DNA from: an uncultured Parcubacteria group bacterium
GTDB taxonomy: Bacteria > Patescibacteriota > Patescibacteriia > UBA9934 > CAMTUG01
Length of the DNA: 64,000 nt
NCBI GenBank assembly: GCA_947084965.1
Contig: CAMTUG010000003.1
Span: forward strand, 360 to 64,359
Direction of reading: 5' to 3'
Part shown: in pieces, positions 29,142 to 37,664 of the stretch
Position numbering within the stretch: position 1 is the first letter of the stretch
How the letters are laid out: each line of letters starts with the position of its first letter
Position numbers and translations under genes: made by a program
Notes under the pieces: model-generated
Seen by the model: the letters and a program-made list of their open reading frames with translations, nothing else
Told to the model about the DNA's origin: nothing
The model's database searches: none

Positions 29142-30368
29142 ATGGCCATTTCCGCTGAAGCCCGCTCGTTCCTCACGGCCCTGGGCCTCGGAGCGATCGG
29201 CGAGTCGGTCTCCGGACCGCTCATCGACGCGATCAAGTCGGCGGCCGGCACCGCCGCGCAGTACGACGCGATCGGGAATTTCCTCGCCGAGACGATCGGT
29301 TCGCTCCCGGAGCCCGCCCGCAAGGCGCTCGCCGGGAAGTTCAAGGTCGTGGCCCACATCGCCTTCGAGGCGATCGAGCTGTGGTTGAAGAACATCCTGC
29401 GCAAGCGGGGCGTGAACCACGTCACGCGCGACGCGATCGTCAACGTCCTCGACGATGTCGGGGATGCGCTCATCACGAGTGCGGCGACGGCGATCACCGA
29501 AGCCGAGTTCAAGCAGATCATCCGAGACGCGGCCGCGGCCCGCAAGGCCAACCCGACCGCGCCCCAGAAGTACCCCCATCCCACCATCACCGCCGCCGAG
29601 CGCGGCACCGGAGCCCCCATGACCATTCACCCCTGGATGACGGAGGTCTGCCCGGCGCTGGTGGGGATCTCCCCGCTCGCGTCCGAGCGCCTCGCGGCGA
29701 TCTTCAAGAAGTACAAGCTCGCGGCGGCGCGGATCGGGGGCGACGACCCGAACGAGCCCCCCTTCGCCCGCAACAGCAAGAAGAACATCCTGGCCCTCCT
29801 GCGAGTGGACCCGGAGCGGGCGCTCGCGATCCTCGAGGATCCGGACATCGACGACGACGAAGCGGAGGAGAAGTTCCTGCTCGCGGGGGAAGTGATCCGC
29901 GACAAGCAGGGCATGGACGCCGACGACATCCTCGACTACCTGGACCACGGCCGCTACCAGATCATCAGCGGGCAGAAGGGCAAGGCGGCGCAGTGGTTGT
30001 ACAAGGGCGGGATCGGACTGATCTCCGCCTACGTGCTCCTCTGCGTGTTCTCCGCCCTGATCCTGGTCATCGGCACGCCCGTGTCGCTGATCGCGACCAT
30101 CTACTTCACCCACTTCCTCGATCCGGTCGTCGAGATCAACGGAGTCCCCCACGTCGCCCTCCCCGAGACCGGTTGGCTGGCGATCTCCTTCGCGATGCTC
30201 GTGTTCTCCCTCGGACAGCTGATGATCCTCAGCGTCCTGTGGGGGCCCATGCGTGCCCTGAAGGCGATCGTCGCCAAGCCGATCCAGATCCTCGTCGACG
30301 CCGCCGAAGCAGTGATGCCCGGCGGCGAACCCGAAACCACCACTACCACCACCGGCGCCGCTCACTAG
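29142..30368 (+). CDS. High-GC orphan membrane protein
   Basis: 408 aa, helical N-terminal region plus C-terminal TMs; AGGAGG SD; very high GC3. Confidence 0.75.
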   Translation: MAISAEARSFLTALGLGAIGESVSGPLIDAIKSAAGTAAQYDAIGNFLAETIGSLPEPARKALAGKFKVVAHIAFEAIELWLKNILRKRGVNHVTRDAIVNVLDDVGDALITSAATAITEAEFKQIIRDAAAARKANPTAPQKYPHPTITAAERGTGAPMTIHPWMTEVCPALVGISPLASERLAAIFKKYKLAAARIGGDDPNEPPFARNSKKNILALLRVDPERALAILEDPDIDDDEAEEKFLLAGEVIRDKQGMDADDILDYLDHGRYQIISGQKGKAAQWLYKGGIGLISAYVLLCVFSALILVIGTPVSLIATIYFTHFLDPVVEINGVPHVALPETGWLAISFAMLVFSLGQLMILSVLWGPMRALKAIVAKPIQILVDAAEAVMPGGEPETTTTTTGAAH

Positions 30369-30386
30369 GGCGCCACGGAGACTTCC

Positions 30387-31208
30387 ATGAGTTCTACCCC
30401 CACCCCCCCGGCCGGTGGCGCCCCCGCCCCGGCTTCCCCCACCCCCAAGCCGATCGGCGAGGAGCCCGCGGTCCGCAAGGCCCGGGTCGCCCTCGCGGTC
30501 GCCCGACTCGACAAGGAGCGTCGGGCCGCGGAGGAGCCCGACGATCCGGACCTCAAGCGCAAGCCCCTCAGCGCCGCCGAGTCCACCTGGTGGGTCTGGG
30601 GTGTCTGGGTGACCCTCGGAGCCCTGGCCTTCATCGGCCTGGTGCTCCGAGCGGTCTCTCCGCACCTCTCGCTGCACCCGGCGGCCACCGGCGTCGCGAT
30701 GCTGGTGGTCACCATCTCCCTGTTCATGGCCGGACTCAGCCTGCGCAAGACGTTCCCCCACCGCATCGTCCTGGGGAAGTCGCTGAACTACCTGTTCTGG
30801 GGGATGATGATCCTGACGGTCTGGAACGGAACGCGCATCGTCTACGGCTTCGGTGGGATCCCCGTGGACCCCGACCCGCGCAACTGGGCCTGGCCGAGCG
30901 CGGTGGCGACGACCGTCTCGGGCTGGATGACCCCCGAGAGCGACGCGGCGAAGCTGGCCAAGATCGAGGCCGACTTCAAGGCCTGCGCTGCCACGACCGA
31001 CGCGGAGATCCTCAAGGCGTGTGGCGAGATCCGCACGCAGAAGATCGACGCGCTGGCCGGCCGCAAGCCCCCCGCGACGGCCGCCGTGACGCCCACGACC
31101 CCCCCGCCCACGAAGAAGCCGGGGAGCGGGTCGAAGAAGGCGACGGTGAAGCCGGCCTACTGCAGCGACCCGGCCATCGCTGCCCAAATGCCCTCGACCT
31201 GCGGCTGA
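30387..31208 (+). CDS. High-GC orphan membrane protein
   Basis: 273 aa, about three TMs, Pro/Lys-rich Cys-containing tail; GGAG SD. Confidence 0.72.
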   Translation: MSSTPTPPAGGAPAPASPTPKPIGEEPAVRKARVALAVARLDKERRAAEEPDDPDLKRKPLSAAESTWWVWGVWVTLGALAFIGLVLRAVSPHLSLHPAATGVAMLVVTISLFMAGLSLRKTFPHRIVLGKSLNYLFWGMMILTVWNGTRIVYGFGGIPVDPDPRNWAWPSAVATTVSGWMTPESDAAKLAKIEADFKACAATTDAEILKACGEIRTQKIDALAGRKPPATAAVTPTTPPPTKKPGSGSKKATVKPAYCSDPAIAAQMPSTCG

Positions 31209-31282
31209 GCGCTCACGCGCAAAATAGCGGGTCAACGTAAAGCGCCCCCGGACATTCTGTTCCGGGGGCGCCTACTTTTCTC

Positions 31283-32284
31283 TTATTTTTTCATCTGCGC
31301 CTTAAACCAATTGACCCACTGAATCTGTTCCGGATCTGTCTTCATGATCGAGGAGATTTCTGCGGTCACATACGCCCCGAGCTGGATCAGTTCAAACGCT
31401 TGCTCGAGCTTCGTCTTTCCATTCAACGTTATACGCACGATCTGTCCCCCGTTCTTTTTGACGATCTGTTGAGTCAACGGATAACGCTTCTGCACGCGCG
31501 GATGATAAAACTTCGACTCAATAAAGATGAACGACATCTCTTTGATAAGCGTTTTTGGAAACGCCAATCCTTCCATCAGGTGATGATTCAATTCCGGGAT
31601 CGGGAATCGCGCCGCGAACTGCTTAGCACTTTCGTTCATCTGATTGGCAAAGACGTGTGCCGATCCTTCCAGGTGCTCGGAGGCGACCATGACCGGAACG
31701 CGATTCACCAGCTTACGGGCGATCTGCTTCCCTGTCTTGGCTCGTGCCGAATTCTTTCCAAGGTAGGTCACGAGATCAAACACTTCGCGATCAGAAAGTT
31801 TTAAGACTTTGAGCTGCACCAATGCTCCGACGATTCCGAATGTCATGAATCCCGTTCCGTATCGCGGCTGAGGGGCAAAGTCCATTGGGTTGAAAAAATA
31901 TCCTGGCACTTTGTCGCGCTTGGCCCATTTGGCCAGGTCGCCGCCCGCGGCGATCACGAAGATGTTCAGCTTCTTCTTCCGTGCCTCAGCATAAGCCGTG
32001 AGAATCTCCTCCGTCGTACCAGAAAAACTGGAGAGAATCACAAGCGCGCTCTTGTTGGCTGTGGCGGGAAGCTTGTACCCGTTGACCACCTCGATCGGCA
32101 CGGTCAATTGATCAGCAAACACGGATCGTACAACGTGCGCCCCGAGTGCTGAGCCGCCCATGGCGACGACGACCACGTGATTGATCTTGCGGTACGACGC
32201 GGGCAAACGGATCGCTTTTGTTTGCATCCACGCTTCGGTTACCTGTTCATGCATTCGGCTAATCGAGTGAACCAAATTAGACAT
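31283..32284 (-). CDS. Bifunctional phosphoglucose/phosphomannose isomerase (SIS domain)
   Basis: MGGSALG, SSFSGTTEE, QPR, NESAK, PELNHH. Confidence 0.88.
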   Translation of the reverse strand: MSNLVHSISRMHEQVTEAWMQTKAIRLPASYRKINHVVVVAMGGSALGAHVVRSVFADQLTVPIEVVNGYKLPATANKSALVILSSFSGTTEEILTAYAEARKKKLNIFVIAAGGDLAKWAKRDKVPGYFFNPMDFAPQPRYGTGFMTFGIVGALVQLKVLKLSDREVFDLVTYLGKNSARAKTGKQIARKLVNRVPVMVASEHLEGSAHVFANQMNESAKQFAARFPIPELNHHLMEGLAFPKTLIKEMSFIFIESKFYHPRVQKRYPLTQQIVKKNGGQIVRITLNGKTKLEQAFELIQLGAYVTAEISSIMKTDPEQIQWVNWFKAQMKK

Positions 32285-33392
32285 ACGGGATTTTTTCTTT
32301 AATCAATCTGGTTAGGTCCGCCCGCTCGCTATTGCGATTGACGAGCGTTGCTCCAACCATTCTACCACCGCGGATAAATTTCTGAACGACCCCGCCGTCC
32401 GCGTCCGATCCTTCGACGACGACCCGCTCTGCTGCCGCTCGGTCCGTGTCCCCGATAAAAATCACTTCCATCCCCCGGCAGTTCGTGGCGTACGAACTGA
32501 CCAGTTCAAACTTGGTGCGTTCCCCGAACATCGTTTTGGCCACGGTGCGACCCTGCATCGTAGCGCTCATCCAATTGCCGACGATCAATTGACGATCCGC
32601 AATGACATCAAAAAACTCAGCAACGTCGCCGGCGGTGAAAACGTCTGAAATATTCGTCTCGAGATACTCGTTTGCTTTGATCCCTTCGCCCACTTCGATC
32701 CCGGCTTCAGAGATCCACTTAAGGTCAGGAGTAATGCCGATCCCGACACCAAGAAGCGCGAACTCTTCTGGTGACTCGACGGTCGTCTTGGTGTGTACCG
32801 TGATTCCATCCGCTTCGGCCTTCCGTCGAATCAACTCCGAAGAATCACGATCGAGCGCGCGACCAAAAAATGTTTCGCCGCGCAAAAAGAGATCCGCTTT
32901 CAGTTTGCGCTCAGCAAAGATGTTGATGTACTCAAGAGCGATGAACCCTCCGCCAACGATGCCGACGCGGCCGCTTTCGTATTCGTTCATCAGCTGGAGC
33001 AGATGATCCGCATCGTCAAGCGTGCGGAAGTACGAAACTCCGCGCGCGTCACCAGAAACGAGCTTCACTTCCCCGCCAGTCACCAGAAGCAATTTGTCGT
33101 ATTCGTATTCACGACCGTCGGACGCGGCGACAAACTTATTTTTAACGTCAAGCGACTCCGCGATCACTCCGGGCAACCAATCGATCTTCTGCTCGTCGTA
33201 CCACTCCGGCTTTTTCAAAAAAACGCGTTCGCGCGGAACTTTGGCTTTGATGTAGTGCGGCAACAAGACGCGAGAATACAAACGGTGTTGTTCTTCACTC
33301 AAAATCGTAATCTCTGATTCGGGGTCTAGCTTGCGGAGTTCTTCGGCCGCGCTGGTGCCAGCAATCCCTCCGCCGATGATGAGATAGCGCAT
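32277..33392 (-). CDS. FAD/NAD(P)-dependent oxidoreductase (ferredoxin/rubredoxin reductase-like)
   Basis: IIGGGIAG, YDKLLLVTG, GGGFIALE, TAGDVAE. Confidence 0.88.
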   Translation of the reverse strand: MRYLIIGGGIAGTSAAEELRKLDPESEITILSEEQHRLYSRVLLPHYIKAKVPRERVFLKKPEWYDEQKIDWLPGVIAESLDVKNKFVAASDGREYEYDKLLLVTGGEVKLVSGDARGVSYFRTLDDADHLLQLMNEYESGRVGIVGGGFIALEYINIFAERKLKADLFLRGETFFGRALDRDSSELIRRKAEADGITVHTKTTVESPEEFALLGVGIGITPDLKWISEAGIEVGEGIKANEYLETNISDVFTAGDVAEFFDVIADRQLIVGNWMSATMQGRTVAKTMFGERTKFELVSSYATNCRGMEVIFIGDTDRAAAERVVVEGSDADGGVVQKFIRGGRMVGATLVNRNSERADLTRLIKEKIPYV

Positions 33393-33398
33393 AGATTA

Positions 33399-33517
33399 AA
33401 AATTCGAAAACCGAAATACGAAACTCGAAACATATTTAAATCGGAAACAGAAAATTTTCAAACTTTCCTTTTTTGATTTCCGATTGTTTCGTATTTCGAT
33501 ATTCGTATTTCGTATTT
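33399..33517. repeat. Inverted heptamer-repeat element (CGAAATA-type)
   Basis: Left arm of CGAAA(N2) heptads, right arm of TTTCG(N2) heptads; 33487-33517 is the exact reverse complement of 55290-55320. Confidence 0.8.
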
Positions 33518-33782
33518 AAAGTTCCGGATACAACTGCGCCCCGGCTTCGTCGTAAATAAAAATCGCCAGCGTGGGACAGGACTGCGCACCAAGGATGATG
33601 TTTTCTTTTTCGTCTTCAGTCACTTCGACCACACGCTCGTAAGTGCGGCCGCCCGGTTCGGTCGAGTGATCAAGAACGTACGCTTTGTTTTCATCGTTCA
33701 ACTGGAACGTCTCTGGAGCGATCGTCACGCAGGACGCGGCGCCGATGCACAAATCTGGGTCAACTTTGATCGTCAATTTCAT
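33516..33782 (-). CDS. Single-cluster ferredoxin, probably [3Fe-4S]
   Basis: CIGAASC...CP, with the second Cys position replaced by Ala. Confidence 0.85.
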   Translation of the reverse strand: MKLTIKVDPDLCIGAASCVTIAPETFQLNDENKAYVLDHSTEPGGRTYERVVEVTEDEKENIILGAQSCPTLAIFIYDEAGAQLYPEL

Positions 33783-33796
33783 AATATGGCTACAGA

Positions 33797-34435
33797 TTAC
33801 CCAAAATACTTCTCGCTGTAAAACCGGATCAGCTCCTCCACGGCCGGCAGAACGCTCGGATTCCCGATCCCCACTTTGGTCTTCGTTTGCACCGCTTCCA
33901 GCGTCCGCGCCCCTTCGAGCACCGCTTCTTCGATGTCGTGGTCCGTAACTTTGGCGATCGGGTCGATCACCCGCGACGCCTCGACCACGATCTTGTCGAA
34001 CTTCTCGGCACGACGATAAAAATCATTGATCGCATCACGAAGCGCTTTATCGCACAGGACCGAACAGTGAAACTTGCGCGGCGGCAGTCCACCGAGACGC
34101 GCCATAATGTCTTGAGGCTTTAGCTTGCGCGCTTCGTCGAGCGTCATTCCCCCGTTCTCGGTCACCATCACTGAGGCGATGCTGGTCGAAGCGATAGCGC
34201 TTCCGCATCCAAAGGTCTTCCACCAAAATCCGGTGATCTTTTCCGTCGCGGGCTCGACCATCAGCCAGACGCGCAACTCATCACCACAAGCCGGCGAGCC
34301 GACTTTGCCCATGGCGTTATATTCGCTCTCTTCTGGGTCATGATCAAGAAAGTTTTTCGGATGAAAAAAATGCTCTTTGACCACGTCAGAGTAAAACCAG
34401 TTCTGCTTTTTGTCGATAGAGGAAACGTCGGCCAT
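33797..34435 (-). CDS. NifU/IscU-like Fe-S scaffold with C-terminal BFD-like domain
   Basis: GSPACGD, TFGCGSAIAS, KFHCSVL. Confidence 0.9.
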   Translation of the reverse strand: MADVSSIDKKQNWFYSDVVKEHFFHPKNFLDHDPEESEYNAMGKVGSPACGDELRVWLMVEPATEKITGFWWKTFGCGSAIASTSIASVMVTENGGMTLDEARKLKPQDIMARLGGLPPRKFHCSVLCDKALRDAINDFYRRAEKFDKIVVEASRVIDPIAKVTDHDIEEAVLEGARTLEAVQTKTKVGIGNPSVLPAVEELIRFYSEKYFG

Positions 34436-34436
34436 A

Positions 34437-35615
34437 TTAGGCGTAATATTTCGGATCAACCCGGACCGGGCTCATAGAACGCAATTTCTCAACAAGCGGG
34501 GGGAGCACTTCAAGGACGTAATCGATGTCCGCTTCTGTCGTCGAACGGCCGAGCGTAAAACGAATGCTTCCGTGGGCCACTTCGTACGGCATCCCAAGCG
34601 CCAAAATCACGTGCGATGGATCGAGCGAAGCGCTGGTGCAGGCTGAGCCGGTCGAAGCGTAAACCCCCTGCGCGTCGAGATACAGGAGGAGCGCTTCGCC
34701 TTCTAAGTCCATGAACGAAATGTTCACATTGTTCGGGAGGCGGTCGGTTGCATGTCCGTTCAAGCGGGTCTTCGGGATCGTGGTCAGAATGCCATTAATC
34801 AACTTGTCGCGGAGCGGCACGAGCCGGGAGCCCTCTTCCGACCTCCCTTCATCAGCAATTTGCAGAGCGGTCACAAATCCGACGATCCCCGCCACGTTCT
34901 CGGTCCCTGGACGGAGGCCTTTCTCCTGCGCCCCACCAAATTGCAGAGGCATGATCTTCACCCCACGCTTTACGTACAATGCACCCGTTCCTTTCGGGCC
35001 GTAAATCTTCCCTGCGTTCAACGTCATCAAATCAACGTGCAACTTTTCGATATTCAAATCGAGTACGCCACTCGCTTGGCAGGCGTCCGTGTGAAAAAGC
35101 ACGTTTGGTCGCGCTTTCTTCAACGCGTTTCCGATCTCGCCGATCGCCTGCACCGTGCCGATTTCGTTATTGGCGTAAATGAGTGAAACCAAAATCGTGT
35201 CGTCGCTAAGTGCGGCGACCACATCACTCGCGCTCACCTTCCCGTCGCGATCAACGGGCAGGTAGGTCGCACGAAATCCTTCCTTCTTTTCCAAATGCTC
35301 GATCGCCTCAAGAACAGACGGATGTTCGATCGTTGTGGTGATGATGTGCCCTTTCCCGGCCGAACGGGCCACGCCAAGAAGCGCTAAGTTGTTCGCTTCC
35401 GTGCCGCCGGAAGTAAAAAGGATCTCGTCCGCCCGAGCCGAAAGAACCTTGGCGACCTGGTCGCGTGCTTCATCAATCGCGTCTTTGGCCGCTTTACCCA
35501 TCATATGAAAACTCGATGGATTTCCGTAGTTCTCTTGAAGGTACGGCAACATCGCCGCGACAACGCGAGAATCAACCGGGGTGGTGGCGGCGTGATCAAG
35601 ATAAACAGACCTCAT
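34437..35615 (-). CDS. iscS: Cysteine desulfurase (NifS/IscS)
   Basis: YLDHAATTP, FTSGGTEANN, KIYGPKG, STGSACTS. Confidence 0.93.
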   Translation of the reverse strand: MRSVYLDHAATTPVDSRVVAAMLPYLQENYGNPSSFHMMGKAAKDAIDEARDQVAKVLSARADEILFTSGGTEANNLALLGVARSAGKGHIITTTIEHPSVLEAIEHLEKKEGFRATYLPVDRDGKVSASDVVAALSDDTILVSLIYANNEIGTVQAIGEIGNALKKARPNVLFHTDACQASGVLDLNIEKLHVDLMTLNAGKIYGPKGTGALYVKRGVKIMPLQFGGAQEKGLRPGTENVAGIVGFVTALQIADEGRSEEGSRLVPLRDKLINGILTTIPKTRLNGHATDRLPNNVNISFMDLEGEALLLYLDAQGVYASTGSACTSASLDPSHVILALGMPYEVAHGSIRFTLGRSTTEADIDYVLEVLPPLVEKLRSMSPVRVDPKYYA

Positions 35616-35684
35616 AGGACCTCCAACCTACCACCGAAAAGCCCCTCAGTCAACGCGCGAAAACGACGTACAAACCAAGAAAAT

Positions 35685-36227
35685 CTAGACGACGGAGATC
35701 CCAAAAACGTTCGAAACAAGCCGCCCGATCAGATACCCGAGAAAAGCCGCGGTCATGGAGACAGCCATCATTTCAAGTCCGCTCTTCACCCATGAACGGC
35801 GCGTAAACGAGGCCTTCCAGGCACCAACCAAAAAGAGCACCACCAGGGTAATAATGACCGACGGCAGAATCGCCCGCTCGATCGGAAGCAAAAGGTACGG
35901 CCCGAGCGGAAAGAAGCCGCCGAGGATGTAAGCAAAAAACATCACGACCCCGGCGCGCAAAGGGAATACGTGAGGCAAGCGCCGCCCTTCGGTGCCGTGG
36001 GTCTCTTCTACTTCCGCCGCCGCCTTGCTCGACAGGTAGCTCCCCGCCGACATGGAGATCGATTCCACAACGATCAACACAAGCCCGGAAAGAATGACGA
36101 CGTAGGAGTTATGCGTCCCGGCGGCGATACCGGTCACGGCCCCCAGCGTTGAAACCAAACTATCTTCAAGTCCAAAAACGATCTCGCGCATTGAATGGGC
36201 CACCCCGTCGCGAAGTTTCTTCTCCAT
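35685..36227 (-). CDS. VIT1/CCC1 family Fe/Mn transporter
   Basis: IVFGLEDSLVS, SMSAGSYLS. Confidence 0.88.
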   Translation of the reverse strand: MEKKLRDGVAHSMREIVFGLEDSLVSTLGAVTGIAAGTHNSYVVILSGLVLIVVESISMSAGSYLSSKAAAEVEETHGTEGRRLPHVFPLRAGVVMFFAYILGGFFPLGPYLLLPIERAILPSVIITLVVLFLVGAWKASFTRRSWVKSGLEMMAVSMTAAFLGYLIGRLVSNVFGISVV

Positions 36228-36304
36228 ACGGCATTAGTTTACCGCATTGCCCCGAAGTTGCCGAGGCGCTACAATGCGAGCGTTAATCGCGAACAGTTGC
36301 CTGT

Positions 36305-36751
36305 ATGCAAATTCCTGCTGACAAACGTCTCTTTGATCGCCCGACCGCGGTGATGGTCATCGCCACGACCAAAGCCAAACTCTTTGTAGGAACCGAAACC
36401 GACCTGACCTTTATCGAGAATATCGAGATCGATGACTCTTTCGAGCACGGGGGCGAAGGGCACGCCCCGAGCCAACCGGGGATCGTCGGCACGCCGGCTT
36501 ATGCCACCGACACCATGCACTGGGACGAAAACAACCGTAAGCACCTGTACGCCCTGATCGAGGATCGCCTCCATCACGGCCTTCAAAACGGTGAGTTTGA
36601 AACGATCTGGCTGACCGTCCCGCACGAGCACAAAAATCAGTTGCACGAAGCCCTTTCGCATATCGTTGAAGATCACGAAGCCCGCACGATCCCGAAGAAC
36701 TTGTACAACATGGATGACGCGCATCTGCTTGATGCCTTGGCTGAGGTTTGA
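36305..36751 (+). CDS. Host-attachment/baeRF-like protein
   Basis: 148 aa ending PKNLYNMD...LL, similar to host attachment family C-termini. Confidence 0.55.
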   Translation: MQIPADKRLFDRPTAVMVIATTKAKLFVGTETDLTFIENIEIDDSFEHGGEGHAPSQPGIVGTPAYATDTMHWDENNRKHLYALIEDRLHHGLQNGEFETIWLTVPHEHKNQLHEALSHIVEDHEARTIPKNLYNMDDAHLLDALAEV

Positions 36752-36767
36752 TACCCTCCGCCCACCG

Positions 36768-36842
<75 letters not shown>

Positions 36843-36889
36843 AATGAAAGACAGAACACCGCTCCGATTCTATCGGGGCGGTGTTTGCA

Positions 36890-37441
36890 TTAGCGGTAAA
36901 CTTCGATTTCAACTGTGCGAACGCCGAACTGCCTAGCCTCAGCCCGCGTTTCCATCCAGATATCGACACGGTTCTGATAGCGAGGATGCATACGATCTTC
37001 AACGACGAAGATCTGATCTCCGTAGTACTTTGGAATTTTCACTTGGGTGCCGATCGGTAAAAAATTGGCGGCGATGACCCCATGGCGGGTCGTTGTCCCG
37101 GAGGCGGTAATAAAGGGGGTTGCGTCTGTCTGCCCAACTTCTGAATTATAGGCCGTGGCGACTACCCGAAGGGTGTGTGGAATCAGGCGGTCGTCTGATT
37201 CGGGCAGGATGCCGTATTCTGCGTACGTATTTTGTATGGCGGCGACTTGTAGATCTACTGACCGCGCTTCAGATACGGTCGGGTGTGGCAGAGCGTCCGC
37301 TCGTACATTCTCTGGAGTGGCGGCAAACAGAGTAACAGCAAGGACAAAGATGATCAGGCCAAGGTTCGCTCGATGTTTTTTGGCGTACACCCCGATCTCT
37401 TTGAATTGTTCCCTAACCTCGTGTGCGTTGAGTTGCGTCAT
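36890..37441 (-). CDS. 3D-domain (MltA-like) cell-wall protein
   Basis: ATAYNS..QTD.TP.ITASG, VEDRM, VDIWM, FGVR. Confidence 0.88.
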   Translation of the reverse strand: MTQLNAHEVREQFKEIGVYAKKHRANLGLIIFVLAVTLFAATPENVRADALPHPTVSEARSVDLQVAAIQNTYAEYGILPESDDRLIPHTLRVVATAYNSEVGQTDATPFITASGTTTRHGVIAANFLPIGTQVKIPKYYGDQIFVVEDRMHPRYQNRVDIWMETRAEARQFGVRTVEIEVYR

Positions 37442-37664
37442 ATGACGTCAGGCGGTCTCCTCCAAGATCCCGTATGGCGTCATCTCCGCAGATGCAAAAC
37501 AGCAAAACAAAAATCCCCTCTTGGGGACGGCAACAGGGTACCATTTCCCCGCTGTTTTGTCTATCAAAAATCTGAAGGATTCCCTATTGACAGCAGCTAA
37601 CGTTAGCCAAAAAGTTGATAGGACCTGTCCACAGGCCGTTTCCCAAGGTATCATTGAATGCACT

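Noticed and set aside
29013-31240. Long alternative ORFs (740 aa minus strand, 619 aa plus strand) over the high-GC genes
   Set aside because: Arg/Gly/Pro-rich shadow frames expected from extreme GC3; the 29142 and 30387 frames have SD sites, TMs and normal composition.
33399-33517. CRISPR array (also 55290-55385 and the 9270-9340 repeats)
   Set aside because: These are 7-nt tandem units or coding heptads with no unique spacers; no cas genes are in the window.
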